DNA of 64,000 nt from Sphingomonadales bacterium (lineage in GTDB: Bacteria; Pseudomonadota; Alphaproteobacteria; Sphingomonadales; Sphingomonadaceae), in contig JANNVL010000082.1 in the NCBI GenBank assembly GCA_031408195.1, positions 16,298 to 80,297 of the forward strand, written 5' to 3'. Numbering within the stretch: position 1 is the stretch's first letter; each line of letters starts with the position of its first letter. A program made the position numbers and the translations under genes. The notes under the pieces were generated by a model that worked only from the letters and a program-made list of their open reading frames with translations, made no database searches and was not told the DNA's origin. This document shows, in pieces, positions 45,913-56,380 of this stretch.

Positions 45913-48071
45913 AGCGTTTCGGACTGATTGCGGCGATTGTGCTGGCGGGCGCTGCACCGACGATTTCGCTTGCCCAGCAAGTGCTGAACCTGCGCGATGC
46001 CGATATCCGTGCGTTCATTCAGGATGCGGCACGGGTGACGGGGCGCACCTTCATCATCGATGCGCGGGTCGCGGGGAAAGTGTCGGTGGTTACCGACCGT
46101 CCGCTCAGCCGCTCCGAATATTTCGAGGTGTTCCTATCGACGCTGCGCGCCAATGGCTTGGTCGCGGTGCCGACCGGCAATGGTGCCTATCGCATCCAGC
46201 CGGTCGACGGAGCCGCCGCACAACCCGGGCGCGTCGGATCTTCGGGCGCGGCACGCAATAGCTTCGTCACCGAAGTCTTCCGCCTCCGTGCCATCGACGC
46301 GGCGCAAGCGGTGGAAACGGTTCGCCCATTGGTCAGCCGCGAGGGATCGGTCACCGCCAACGTCGCGGGCAACAGCCTCGTGGTTGCCGACTATGCCGAC
46401 AATATCCGCCGCATCCGCAGTGTGATCGCGCGGATCGACAGCGATTCAGCCGAAACCCGCATTGTCCCGCTCCGCAACGCGGGCGCGCGCGAGATTGCGA
46501 CGGCGCTCCAGACATTGGCGACGGTCGGCGGTCCGCGCGGGACGGTGGCGATTTCACCCATCGACAGCTCGAACGCGATTGCCCTGCGCGGTGATGCGCG
46601 CGCGGTTGCACGCTTTGCCGAAATTATTGCCGACCTGGACCGGCGCGCGGCGGCGGGTTCCGAAATCCGCGTGATTTTCTTGCAGCACGCCGATGCCGAG
46701 AAATTGTTGCCAGTGCTCCAGACGCTCGTCGGCCAGACGCCGAGCATTACCGCGCAAGTCGTGTCGAACGCCCAGACGCGCAGCCTGCCCGGAACGACGC
46801 CGCAGCCTGCGGCGATTAGTGCGCCTTCGTCCTCGGGTGGTAGCTCCGGCGGTTCGGGCATCAGCCGGTCGCCCGCGATTATTGCCCGGTACGAGGGCAC
46901 CAACGCGATCATCATTTCCGCCTCTGCCGATGTCCAGCGCACATTGGGCGAAGTGATCCGCCAGCTCGATACACGCCGCGAACAGGTGCTGATCGAGGCC
47001 ATCGTTGTCGAAATTTCGGACACGGCGGCGCGCAAACTCGGCATCCAGCTCGGTTTCGGCGGTCCCGGCGGAGGGGCGTTCACCACCTACTCGAATGTCA
47101 CCCCGTCGATCGTGCCAATTGCGGGCGGCATCCTGCAGAACCAGTTGAGCGGCGGGTCCACGACAACGACGACAGTCAACGGCACCACGACGACGACGAC
47201 CTCTGGCAACACCAACGGCAGCACTTTGCTCCAAGGTGCGCTGGGCGCGGTCAATGCGGCGACTGGTGGCACGGCAGGTGCGGCGTTTGGCCTCGGCAAC
47301 AACTTGTACCTCGGCGCGATTATCAATGCGGTTAGCCAGGATAACCAGTCGAACCTGCTCCAGACTCCCTCGGTTGTGACGCTCGACAATCAGGAAGCGA
47401 AAATCCTGGTCGGTCAGGAAATTCCGGTGACGACGGGAGAAGCACTCGGCGGCAATTTCGACAACGCGTTCCGCACGGTGCAGCGCCAGAACGTTGGTAT
47501 CCAGCTGGAGGTCAAGCCGCAGATCGGGGAAGGCGGATCGATCAAGCTGTTTTTGCGTCAGGAGGTCAGCTCGATCGCGGGTGCCGTCACGAACAACTCT
47601 TCGGATCTCATTCTCAACAAGCGCGAAATCCAGACGACGATGACGGTTGACGACGGGCAGATCATGGCCATTGGTGGACTGCTCGACGACAATGAGCGGC
47701 GCACTCTCGAAAAAGTGCCGGTGCTCGGCGACATTCCGTTGCTTGGGGAATTGTTCCGCTCGCGCAGTAAATCGCGCGGCAAAACCAATTTGATGGTCTT
47801 CATCCGTCCGACCATCCTTCGCACGGCAGCAGACGCCAAAGCCTATGCAGAGCGCCGATACGGTTATGTTCGCTCGCAGCAATTGCTTGGCAACCCCGAT
47901 CAGGAACCAAGCATTGACGAACTGATGCGCGATTACATGGGCGCGCCGTTGCCCGGGCCCGTCGCTGCGCCGCAGGTTGCGCCGGGCGAGGCGCCGCCTC
48001 CGCCGCAAGTCATTCCATCGACAAGCTCGACGCAGATTATCCGTCCCGTCGCAGTGCCGAAGGACAAATGA
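45909..48071 (+). CDS. gspD: Type II secretion secretin
   Basis: LNLRDADIRAFI, QVLIEAIVVE, PSVVTLDNQEA, KVPVLGDIPLLGELFRS, NLMVFIRP. Confidence 0.96.
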   Translation: MKRFGLIAAIVLAGAAPTISLAQQVLNLRDADIRAFIQDAARVTGRTFIIDARVAGKVSVVTDRPLSRSEYFEVFLSTLRANGLVAVPTGNGAYRIQPVDGAAAQPGRVGSSGAARNSFVTEVFRLRAIDAAQAVETVRPLVSREGSVTANVAGNSLVVADYADNIRRIRSVIARIDSDSAETRIVPLRNAGAREIATALQTLATVGGPRGTVAISPIDSSNAIALRGDARAVARFAEIIADLDRRAAAGSEIRVIFLQHADAEKLLPVLQTLVGQTPSITAQVVSNAQTRSLPGTTPQPAAISAPSSSGGSSGGSGISRSPAIIARYEGTNAIIISASADVQRTLGEVIRQLDTRREQVLIEAIVVEISDTAARKLGIQLGFGGPGGGAFTTYSNVTPSIVPIAGGILQNQLSGGSTTTTTVNGTTTTTTSGNTNGSTLLQGALGAVNAATGGTAGAAFGLGNNLYLGAIINAVSQDNQSNLLQTPSVVTLDNQEAKILVGQEIPVTTGEALGGNFDNAFRTVQRQNVGIQLEVKPQIGEGGSIKLFLRQEVSSIAGAVTNNSSDLILNKREIQTTMTVDDGQIMAIGGLLDDNERRTLEKVPVLGDIPLLGELFRSRSKSRGKTNLMVFIRPTILRTAADAKAYAERRYGYVRSQQLLGNPDQEPSIDELMRDYMGAPLPGPVAAPQVAPGEAPPPPQVIPSTSSTQIIRPVAVPKDK

Positions 48072-49552
48072 GCGAAGCCGACGCCCTGACTCTGGTCACC
48101 ATCCCCTATGCTTTCGCACGCCGTTTTGGCGTGGTGATGCAGCCGGGGACGGATGGACGGCTATCGGTGGCGTTGCGCGAAGGCGCGGACCCGGCAGTAT
48201 TGCTCGAAGTGAAGCGCCATCTGGCCCAGCCCTTCGATGTGACTCCTGTGGGGACGACCGCTTTTGATCGGTTGCTTTCCGACCACTATATGACCGATGG
48301 CGAAGCAGCTGCCGTTGCGATGGGCGCCGAGGAAATCGACGCGCTGGCGAGCGGCATCCCGAGCGCGGAGGATTTGCTCGACACTGCCGATGACGCCCCC
48401 GCCATCCGTCTGATCAACGGCATCATTGCCGAGGCGGTGCGGCAGGGTGTCTCGGACATCCATATCGAGCCGTATGAAAGCGGCCTGATCGTGCGGATGC
48501 GGATCGACGGCGTGTTGCGCGAAACCTTGCGGATGCCGCCGCATGTGGCGCCCGTTATCGTCAGCAGGGTCAAAGTGATGGCGCGGCTCGACATCGCCGA
48601 GCGGCGTATTCCGCAGGACGGACGCATCGGGCTGACGCTGGGCGGTAAATTGCTCGACGTGCGCGTTTCCACGTTGCCCAGCCGTGCGGGCGAGCGCGTC
48701 GTGCTGCGTATTCTCGACAAGGAAAATGCCGGGATCGACCTCGACGTTCTCGGCATGACGCCGGGGACGTTGGCGCTGCTGCGGGATGCCTTGTCCGAGC
48801 CGAACGGCATCATCCTCGTCACCGGCCCGACCGGTAGCGGCAAGACCACAACGCTTTATGCGGGGTTGCGGCTGCTGAACGACGGCACGCGCAACATCCT
48901 GACCGTCGAAGACCCGGTCGAATATGCCATCGACGGCGTCGGGCAGACGCAGGTCAATTCGAAGGTGGGCCTGACCTTCGCGGCGGGGCTGCGCGCGATC
49001 CTGCGCCAGGATCCCGATGTCGTGATGATCGGCGAAATCCGCGACCGTGAGACGGCTGAAATCGCGGTGCAGGCGTCGTTGACGGGGCACCTCGTGCTGT
49101 CGACGGTCCACACCAATGATGCGGCCGGCGCGATCACGCGGATGCGCGACATGAAGGTCGAACCGTTTTTGCTCGCCTCCACCTTGCGCGCCGTCATCGC
49201 GCAACGGCTCGTGCGGAGGCTCTGCCCTGATTGCCGCCGCGCAGTGCCTGCGGATGCAGCGGTGGCGAAGCTGCTCGATGTCGATGAAGGCGCAGTCATT
49301 TACGAACCCGGCGGCTGTGCGGCGTGCGGTAATACGGGGTTCAAAGGGCGTGTCGGTGTGTTCGAGGCTGTCAGGATCGACGACACCATCCGCCGTCTCA
49401 TCAACAGCGACGCTGACGAGGACGCGATTGCAAAACATGCCTTTGCCAAATCGCCCAATCTCGGCGCGGCGGCCCGGGCGCTGGTCCGCGAGGGACTGAC
49501 GACGCCAGAGGAAGCGGTGAGGATATCGCGGCGAGGTAGTGAGGATGGGTGA
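48068..49552 (+). CDS. gspE: Type II secretion ATPase
   Basis: SDIHIEP, GPTGSGKTT, LTVEDPVE, LRQDPD, STVHTN, two CxxC motifs. Confidence 0.97.
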   Translation: MSEADALTLVTIPYAFARRFGVVMQPGTDGRLSVALREGADPAVLLEVKRHLAQPFDVTPVGTTAFDRLLSDHYMTDGEAAAVAMGAEEIDALASGIPSAEDLLDTADDAPAIRLINGIIAEAVRQGVSDIHIEPYESGLIVRMRIDGVLRETLRMPPHVAPVIVSRVKVMARLDIAERRIPQDGRIGLTLGGKLLDVRVSTLPSRAGERVVLRILDKENAGIDLDVLGMTPGTLALLRDALSEPNGIILVTGPTGSGKTTTLYAGLRLLNDGTRNILTVEDPVEYAIDGVGQTQVNSKVGLTFAAGLRAILRQDPDVVMIGEIRDRETAEIAVQASLTGHLVLSTVHTNDAAGAITRMRDMKVEPFLLASTLRAVIAQRLVRRLCPDCRRAVPADAAVAKLLDVDEGAVIYEPGGCAACGNTGFKGRVGVFEAVRIDDTIRRLINSDADEDAIAKHAFAKSPNLGAAARALVREGLTTPEEAVRISRRGSEDG

Positions 49553-49562
49553 GGTGCAACTA

Positions 49563-49686
49563 CTCCTCCCCGGACCGGGGAGGTGGCAGGCGAAGCCTGA
49601 CGGAGGGGGTTCTCCGCGCGAGACGAACCAAGTGTGGCGAGCCCCCTCCACCACTTCGTGGTCCCCCTCCCCGTTCCGGGGAGGAA
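49563..49686 (+). repeat. ~124-bp dispersed intergenic hairpin repeat (REP/MITE-like), copy 2
   Basis: Homologous to the reverse complement of 11037-11159; ends GGGGAGGAA just before the gspF GTG. Confidence 0.9.
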
Positions 49687-49689
49687 TAA

Positions 49690-50925
49690 GTGGCTGAATT
49701 CGACTATCACGTCATCGACACGGCGGGACGCGAGCGGCGCGGGTCGCTGGCCGCCGCCAGTCTCGACGATGCGCGGGGCAAACTCGGTGCGCGGCGGTTC
49801 TATATCGTCCGGCTCGACACCGCTTCGGGCAACAAACCGCGCGCCGCTTCACCCTTGGCCTCGTTCAACACCCTCATCGGCCCGCGCCGCCTGAGTGCCA
49901 AGGCGCTGACCCTGTTTACGCGCCAGCTCGCTACGCTGTCGCTGGTCACGCCTCTCGAGGAAGCACTGCGGACCATCGCGCGCCAGACCGAGGGCGATCA
50001 TGTCCGCGCCATCCTCGACCGGGTGCACGCGGGCGTCGTCGAGGGGCGTCGCCTGTCCGACGCCATGGGCCGCGAACCGCGCAGTTTCCCGCCGCTTTAC
50101 CGCGCTATGGTGCAGGCGGGGGAGGGTGCGGGGACACTGCCGTTGATTCTCGAACGCCTTGCGGGCCTGCTCGAACGTCAGGCGCAGATGCGCGCCAAAA
50201 TCACGACCGCCATCGCCTATCCGGTTGTGCTCGCCATCGTCGCGACACTGGTCGTGATGGCGCTGATGATTTTCGTCGTGCCACAGGTTGTCGAGCAGTT
50301 CGACACTGTCGGGCAGCAACTGCCGCTGCTGACGCGCATCGTCATCGGTATTTCGTGGTTTCTCGCCAATTTCTGGTGGGCGTTGCTGATCGTGCTCGGG
50401 CTGCTTGCCGTTGGGGCGAGCTATGCATTGAAGGACGAGGCGATCCGCCTGCGTTTCGACCGCGCATGGTTGCGCTTCCCGCTGATCGGCCGTCTGACCC
50501 GCGATCTGCACGCCGCGCGCATGGCGCGGACTTTGTCGACGATGGTCGGCAGCCGCTTGCCGTTGCTCGAGGGGCTGACCCTGACTGCCGCGACCGTCCA
50601 TAACCGCGCGCTGCGGGCGGCATCCGACGAAATCGCTGAATCGGTCCGCACCGGCGGCAGTCTGTCGGCGGCGCTCAAACGCTCGGATATTTTCCCGCCG
50701 TTGCTCGTTTACATGTCGGCGTCGGGCGAGGCATCGGGGCAGCTCGACACGATGCTCGAACGTGCGGCGGATTATCTCGAACGCGAATTCGACACCTTCA
50801 CGTCGAGTGCGCTGTCGCTGCTCGAGCCCGCGATCATCGTCATCATGGGCGGCGTGGTCGGTGCCATCGTGCTATCGATCTTGCTGCCGATCCTCCAACT
50901 CGAAACACTGGCTGGTTCATCATGA
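49690..50925 (+). CDS. gspF: Type II secretion inner-membrane platform protein
   Basis: LFTRQLATL, GEGAGTL, AYPVV, FVVPQV, GEASGQL, LLEPAII. Confidence 0.95.
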   Translation: MAEFDYHVIDTAGRERRGSLAAASLDDARGKLGARRFYIVRLDTASGNKPRAASPLASFNTLIGPRRLSAKALTLFTRQLATLSLVTPLEEALRTIARQTEGDHVRAILDRVHAGVVEGRRLSDAMGREPRSFPPLYRAMVQAGEGAGTLPLILERLAGLLERQAQMRAKITTAIAYPVVLAIVATLVVMALMIFVVPQVVEQFDTVGQQLPLLTRIVIGISWFLANFWWALLIVLGLLAVGASYALKDEAIRLRFDRAWLRFPLIGRLTRDLHAARMARTLSTMVGSRLPLLEGLTLTAATVHNRALRAASDEIAESVRTGGSLSAALKRSDIFPPLLVYMSASGEASGQLDTMLERAADYLEREFDTFTSSALSLLEPAIIVIMGGVVGAIVLSILLPILQLETLAGSS

Positions 50926-51365
50926 AAAAACCGCTTTCCGCCCGCGCAGCAGCTGAAGAAGGTTTTACGCTCGTAGAGCTGATGGTCGTCATCGTGATTC
51001 TCGCGTTGCTGTCGGTCATCGTGGCAGTGAACGTTCTGCCACAACTCGGGCGCGCCAAGAGCGAAACTGCCAAGATCGACATCACCAACATCGATCAGGC
51101 GATGGAACTCTACCGGCTCAACAACCTGAATTACCCCTCGACCGCCGACGGACTTGGCGCGTTGGTCACGGCACCGCCGTCGCTGGCCGATCCGTCGCGC
51201 TATCAGGCAGGCGGCTATATCAAAAAGCTTCCCAAAGACCCCTGGGGCCGCGATTACAAGTTCGAAAGCCCGGGCAAACGCGGCGCGTACGACATCTACA
51301 GCCTCGGGGCCGATGGTGCGGAAGGGGGCACGGGCGAAAATGCCGATATCGGCAACTGGCAATAA
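50922..51365 (+). CDS. gspG: Major pseudopilin
   Basis: GFTLVELMVV, LYRLNN..YP, LPKDPWG, SLGADG. Confidence 0.95.
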   Translation: MKKPLSARAAAEEGFTLVELMVVIVILALLSVIVAVNVLPQLGRAKSETAKIDITNIDQAMELYRLNNLNYPSTADGLGALVTAPPSLADPSRYQAGGYIKKLPKDPWGRDYKFESPGKRGAYDIYSLGADGAEGGTGENADIGNWQ

Positions 51366-51810
51366 GCGCGGCCTGTCCGAAAAAGGCTTCACGCTTATCG
51401 AGCTGATGGTCGTGCTCGTCATTCTCGGCATTACATCGGCAGCCGTGGTGCTGGCGATCCCCGACCCTGGCGGAAGGGTGCGCGACGAAGGCGAACGGCT
51501 TGCGGCGCGCGCGCTGGCGGTCCGCGACGATGCGATCCTCGGCGGCCGGAGCACGCGGATAGTTGTCGAGGCGGGCGGCTACAGCGCCGAGCGCCGGACG
51601 CAGGGACGCTGGCAGCCGTATGTCGGCAAGGGCTTCGGCATTGTTGCGTTCCCCGCTGGCGTGACTGCGGCAACCGCTGAAACGGGCAAAGTGATCGTGA
51701 CCTTCGACACGACCGGGGCGGTTGCCGAACCAGCGGCCATCGACCTGTCGAAAGATGCGGTTGTCGTGCGGATCGACATTCCGGCCAACGGAGCCGTCCG
51801 TGTCTCGTAA
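51340..51810 (+). CDS. gspH: Minor pseudopilin H
   Basis: GFTLIELMVVLVILG after ATG 51340; position in the operon. Confidence 0.85.
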   Translation: MPISATGNKRGLSEKGFTLIELMVVLVILGITSAAVVLAIPDPGGRVRDEGERLAARALAVRDDAILGGRSTRIVVEAGGYSAERRTQGRWQPYVGKGFGIVAFPAGVTAATAETGKVIVTFDTTGAVAEPAAIDLSKDAVVVRIDIPANGAVRVS

Positions 51811-52159
51811 GAACGGCTTTACCCTCATAGAAATGCTGGTCGCGCTGGCGATCTTCAGCCTGTCGGCGCTCGCTTTGCTGCGGCTGGAGGGTGCAACATT
51901 GTTCAGCACGCAGCGGCTTGCCGACACCACCGTCTCACAGATCGTGGCGCGCAATCTGGCGGTGAACCTGCTCACCGATCCTCGCCCGCCTGCGTTCGGG
52001 ACCGATCAGGGCGAAGTGACGAATGCGGGCGCAACATGGCGCTGGATCCGCGAGACCAAGCGCACCGACGACGTCCGCATCGTGCGGATCGACCTCGCCG
52101 TCACCGATGCTGCAGGTCGCCCGATGACGCGGCTCTCGCTGGCAAGGGCGGTGGAATGA
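51800..52159 (+). CDS. gspI: Minor pseudopilin I
   Basis: GFTLIEMLVALAIF after GTG 51800; ARNL...W.W motif. Confidence 0.88.
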   Translation: MSRKNGFTLIEMLVALAIFSLSALALLRLEGATLFSTQRLADTTVSQIVARNLAVNLLTDPRPPAFGTDQGEVTNAGATWRWIRETKRTDDVRIVRIDLAVTDAAGRPMTRLSLARAVE

Positions 52160-52791
52160 CGCGCCGCGCCGTGGACGGCTTTACATCTTTGGGGCGTTCC
52201 GCCGAACACGGCTTCACGCTCATCGAACTCATGGTCGCGCTGCTCATCTTCGCGATGATTGCCGCTGCCGGGGTGTCGCTGCTCAGCTTTGGCGTTCGCG
52301 CGCAGGCGGCGGCGACGCAGAGGCTGGAGGATACGGCCGATCTCCGCCGCTTCTCGACGCTGCTGGCGAACGATCTCGCGCAAGCCTTGCCACGCATTGC
52401 CCGTGCGCCCGACGGACAGCCAGTGCGTGCGTTCACGGGCAATGACGGGCGCAGCGATCCGCTGGTGCTCGGCTATGTGCGTGGCGGCTGGACCAACCCC
52501 GATGGTGCAGAGCGCGCGGGCATCCAGCGTGTCGATGTGACATTCGCCGAAGGTCGCCTGACCCGCACCGCCTACCCGATGGTCGATGGCAGCGCCGCCC
52601 CCGCCGGGATCGTCCTCGCCGACCGGGTGGAGCAACTCACCATGCGCTACCGCGAGCGAAAAGGCGGATGGCGGCCGCGCTGGGACGATGCGTTGCTCGA
52701 CTCGCTGCCCGCCGCTGTCGAATTGACGGTTAAGCGCACCGGCCAACCGCCGCTTGTGCTCGCCTTCGTGACCGGGCCGGCCTACCCGTGA
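52156..52791 (+). CDS. gspJ: Minor pseudopilin J
   Basis: GFTLIELMVALLIFA after ATG 52156; ANDLAQA, RGGWTNP, LPAAVEL. Confidence 0.88.
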   Translation: MTRRAVDGFTSLGRSAEHGFTLIELMVALLIFAMIAAAGVSLLSFGVRAQAAATQRLEDTADLRRFSTLLANDLAQALPRIARAPDGQPVRAFTGNDGRSDPLVLGYVRGGWTNPDGAERAGIQRVDVTFAEGRLTRTAYPMVDGSAAPAGIVLADRVEQLTMRYRERKGGWRPRWDDALLDSLPAAVELTVKRTGQPPLVLAFVTGPAYP

Positions 52792-53768
52792 AGCGCATCC
52801 CGAAACACGAAGAGGGTGCCGCTCTCCTGACCGTCCTGCTGATCGTCGCGGTGATGGCGGTGCTCGCCGCCGCCGCGCTCGAACGGCTCAAGATCGGCAC
52901 GCGCTTGACCGCAAACAGTGGCGCGACCGAACAGGCGCGCGCCTATGCAATGGCCGCCGAAACCGTCGCACGCTACCGCATCGGCGACCTAATCCAGCGC
53001 GACGCAGCGCGGACCACGTTGGCAGGCAATTGGGCGGGCCAACCGACCAATTTCCCTATCGACGGCGGTATTGCCACGGCGCGCCTCGACGACGGCGGCA
53101 ATTGCTTCAATCTCAACAGCGTCGTCGATCAGGCACCGGACCGGACGGCGATTGCCCGCCCGTTTGCCGTCGCGCAGTTCGCGCGGCTGCTGACGCTGCT
53201 CGAAGTTCCCGGTCGCGATGCCGATGCGCTGGCCAATGCGACCGCCGACTGGATCGACAGCGATGCTCAGCCGCTGGCGGGCGGGGCCGAGGACGCGGCC
53301 TATGCCAATGCTCGCATTGCCTATTTGCCAGCCAATATGCCGATGGCCGACACCAGCGAGTGGCGCGCGGTTGCCGGGGTGACACCTGCTCTCTATGCGC
53401 GGATACGCCCCTATCTTTGCGCGCTACCGGTGACCGATTTGACTGCCCTTAACGTCAACACGCTGCGCCGCGATCAGGCCGTTTTGCTCGCTACGGTGGT
53501 GCCGACGCTCGACGTCGCGCGCGCTGCGTCGGTTGTCGAGGCGCGGCCCGAAAACGGGTGGGAGTCGCTGGCGACGGTGTGGGCATTGCCCCAGCTTGCC
53601 CCGAGCGCCGCCGATGCGGGTCGCGCGCAGGTCAAGCTGGTCACGCGCTGGTTTCGGCTCGCGCTCAATGTCGAACTCGCCGGGGCCGATCTCGAAGAGC
53701 ACGCACTGATCGACGCGGCGCTGAAACCCGCCAAGCTCGTGCGCCGCAGCTATGGCGAGCCGTCATGA
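52788..53768 (+). CDS. gspK: Minor pseudopilin K
   Basis: GAALLTVLLIV, DGGNCFNLN, DWIDSD, LNVNT. Confidence 0.9.
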   Translation: MKRIPKHEEGAALLTVLLIVAVMAVLAAAALERLKIGTRLTANSGATEQARAYAMAAETVARYRIGDLIQRDAARTTLAGNWAGQPTNFPIDGGIATARLDDGGNCFNLNSVVDQAPDRTAIARPFAVAQFARLLTLLEVPGRDADALANATADWIDSDAQPLAGGAEDAAYANARIAYLPANMPMADTSEWRAVAGVTPALYARIRPYLCALPVTDLTALNVNTLRRDQAVLLATVVPTLDVARAASVVEARPENGWESLATVWALPQLAPSAADAGRAQVKLVTRWFRLALNVELAGADLEEHALIDAALKPAKLVRRSYGEPS

Positions 53769-54844
53769 GCACGCTCGTCGTCTTTGCCGACGGGCGCTGG
53801 CTTCGGATCGTGGCGGGGGACATCCTGTCGCGGGGTGACGATCTTGCTGTCGCGCTGCCGCAATCCGATGATGAGCGCACCGTCGTTATCGTCCCCGCCG
53901 CCGACACGATTGTCCGCACGATCAATTTGCCCGACCTCGCCGATCTACAAGCGCAAGGCGCGGCACGCATCGCGCTCGCCGATGTCAGCATGTTGCCGCC
54001 CGAGGCGCTGCATGTTGCCGTCGGCGCTGCCGATACCGAGGGACACCGGATTGCGGTCGGCGTGCCAGTCGCCAGCCTGACCGCGTTGCTCGCCGCGCTC
54101 GCCGAAGCGGGACTCGATCCCGACCATCTGGTTGCTGCACCGTTACTGCTGACGCGTCCCGAAACGGGTTTCGTGCGCGGCGACCTCGGTAGCGAGATTG
54201 TCGTGCGTGGAAACGAAACTGCCTTTGCCGACGACCCCGTGCTGACGCCGTTGCTGACCGGCGACAATCCGGTCGAGACGTTCGACCGTCCTGAGCTTGA
54301 AGCGGCGCTGATCGCGGCTGTAGAATTCCCCGAAGCCGATTTACGCCACGGCCCGTTCGCCAAGCGCCGCCGCTGGCCAGTCGATATGGCACGTCTGCGA
54401 CGCTACGCCGTTATGACGCTCATTATCGGTGCGCTTATCCTGACCGCGCAAATTGTCAGCATCGTCCGCCTCAACGCGCGCGCCTCGACTATCGAGGCGG
54501 AGACGCTGATTCAGGCCACGGCTGTCCTGCCCCCGGGCACAACCGTCACCGATGCTGTGCTCCAGTCCGAAGCACGGCTCGCCGCGATGCAAGGGGCAGG
54601 GGGCGGTTTCGAACCGCTTGCTGCTGCCGTCGGTGCAGCGGTCAACGCCACGCCCAATGTCGAGCTCGGCTCGATGGTGTTCGACGGCGAAGGCGGCCTG
54701 CGCGCCACTGTCCGTGCCGCGACTGCCGCTGACCTCAGCGCGGTGGAAGCCAAGCTCGGCGTGAGTGGCCTGCAAGTCATGCCCGGACCGATCGTGGCCA
54801 ATCAGGGCCGCCCCTACCGTGACATCACGGTGCGGGCGCGATGA
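53765..54844 (+). CDS. gspL: Type II secretion protein L
   Basis: Actin-like cytoplasmic domain, DLRHGPF, single TM; ATG 53765; position after gspK. Confidence 0.8.
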   Translation: MSTLVVFADGRWLRIVAGDILSRGDDLAVALPQSDDERTVVIVPAADTIVRTINLPDLADLQAQGAARIALADVSMLPPEALHVAVGAADTEGHRIAVGVPVASLTALLAALAEAGLDPDHLVAAPLLLTRPETGFVRGDLGSEIVVRGNETAFADDPVLTPLLTGDNPVETFDRPELEAALIAAVEFPEADLRHGPFAKRRRWPVDMARLRRYAVMTLIIGALILTAQIVSIVRLNARASTIEAETLIQATAVLPPGTTVTDAVLQSEARLAAMQGAGGGFEPLAAAVGAAVNATPNVELGSMVFDGEGGLRATVRAATAADLSAVEAKLGVSGLQVMPGPIVANQGRPYRDITVRAR

Positions 54845-55320
54845 TGGCACAGGCACTTCTCTGGTGGTCGGGCCGCAGCGAGCGCGAACGGATTCTGCTC
54901 GGTGTCATGGGCGCGTTGATCGGCCTGTTGCTGTTCTGGTTGCTTATCATCCGGCCCATCGACGGTGCCAAAGCCAGCGCGCAGTTCCGCCTCAACACCG
55001 CAACCGAAGCGGCGGGCCGCGTCGCCGCCGTCGCCGATAGCGTGCGTCAGGCGCGGCGACTGGCTCCGGTGTCGCTGTCGGCTTCGCTGCCATCGGCGGT
55101 CGGTCAGGCGGCGGAACGCGCTGGATTCACTCTCTCACGCCTCGATCCGCAGGGGCCGGACCGCGTTGTCATCGGCATTTCGACGGCGCGCAGCCCCGCA
55201 CTGTTCGGCTGGCTCGTCGCGCTCCAGCAACAGGGTGTGATTGTCGAACGGATGACGCTTCGCACCAACAGCGACGCGACGCTTGCCGTCGAGGCGACGC
55301 TCAGGGTCCGTGCTCGGTGA
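54841..55320 (+). CDS. gspM: Type II secretion protein M
   Basis: WW..RSERERILL, single TM, LFGWL motif. Confidence 0.85.
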   Translation: MMAQALLWWSGRSERERILLGVMGALIGLLLFWLLIIRPIDGAKASAQFRLNTATEAAGRVAAVADSVRQARRLAPVSLSASLPSAVGQAAERAGFTLSRLDPQGPDRVVIGISTARSPALFGWLVALQQQGVIVERMTLRTNSDATLAVEATLRVRAR

Positions 55321-56021
55321 TCGTTCTGACCCGTCGCGCCCGCTGGATCATCGGCATCAGTGCCGCCGCCGTGATGGCGTTCATGTCGCTGCCGCTTGCA
55401 CTCGTCCTGCCAATGGCGCTGCCTGCCGACAGCGGGCTGAGCGCCCGCCGTGCAGAGGGTACGCTCTGGAATGGGATGCTTCGCGAAGCCAATGTCGCCG
55501 GACTACCGCTGGGCGATACCCGCATCGGGTTCGACATGTTGCCGCTGCTCATCGGGCAGGCGCGCATGGGCTTCGCCTCAGCGGGCCTGCGCGGCATTTT
55601 GACATCATCCTCGGGCAGCGTCGGCCTGTCGCGCGGCAATGGAGTTGTCGATCTAGCGGGGCGTCTGCGCCCGTTGCCGGTGTCGCGCTTCACGCTCGAC
55701 GATATTGCGGCCGAGTTTCGCAATGACCGCTGCGTGTCGGCCAAAGGTCGTGTGCGGGCCGATGTGGCTGGCGATATTGCCGGTCTTGCATTGCCGGGCG
55801 GGCTCAGCGGTACGCTGCGGTGCGACGGGGCGGACCTTGTCGTGCCGCTGGCGGGTCAGTCGGGCATGGAGCGCATCGACCTACGCGTTGCTGCTTCGGG
55901 GAAATGGCGCGCCGACCTGTCAGTGCGAACAAGCGACCCCGCGATTGCGGGCAAGCTGATCTCCTCGGGCTTTTCCTCCGGTCCTGCCGGGTACACCGTC
56001 CGCTTTTCGGGTTCGCTTTGA
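55317..56021 (+). CDS. gspN: Type II secretion protein N
   Basis: N-terminal anchor, GTLWNG, beta-rich body; last gene of the gsp operon. Confidence 0.8.
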   Translation: MIVLTRRARWIIGISAAAVMAFMSLPLALVLPMALPADSGLSARRAEGTLWNGMLREANVAGLPLGDTRIGFDMLPLLIGQARMGFASAGLRGILTSSSGSVGLSRGNGVVDLAGRLRPLPVSRFTLDDIAAEFRNDRCVSAKGRVRADVAGDIAGLALPGGLSGTLRCDGADLVVPLAGQSGMERIDLRVAASGKWRADLSVRTSDPAIAGKLISSGFSSGPAGYTVRFSGSL

Positions 56022-56082
56022 CTTGACGCTTAGACACTGCGCCGCGTAGGGCGACGCGCGCTCACCGCTTCGATGCGGGCAT

Positions 56083-56160
56083 GGCGATCGTAGCTCAATT
56101 GGTTAGAGCGCCGGTTTGTGGTACCGGAGGTTGCGGGTTCAATCCCCGTCGATCGCCCCA
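56083..56160 (+). tRNA. tRNA-His(GTG) with encoded G-1 and C73
   Basis: G-GCGATCG/CGATCGC-C acceptor, anticodon arm CCGGT-TTGTGGT-ACCGG, GGTTCAATC T-loop, CCA. Confidence 0.95.
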
Positions 56161-56245
56161 AGCGTCTCCTCGAATCTCTGAATTGCATAGCACTCGGGGT
56201 TGCCAACATTGCTTTGCCCGCCACAAATCTAATCTGATATAAAAA

Positions 56246-56321
<76 letters not shown>

Positions 56322-56380
56322 ATCGCGGGTCGCCCTGCGAAGAGGCGCGCGTAGCATTGGCGATTTACCCGCGCAAGGGG

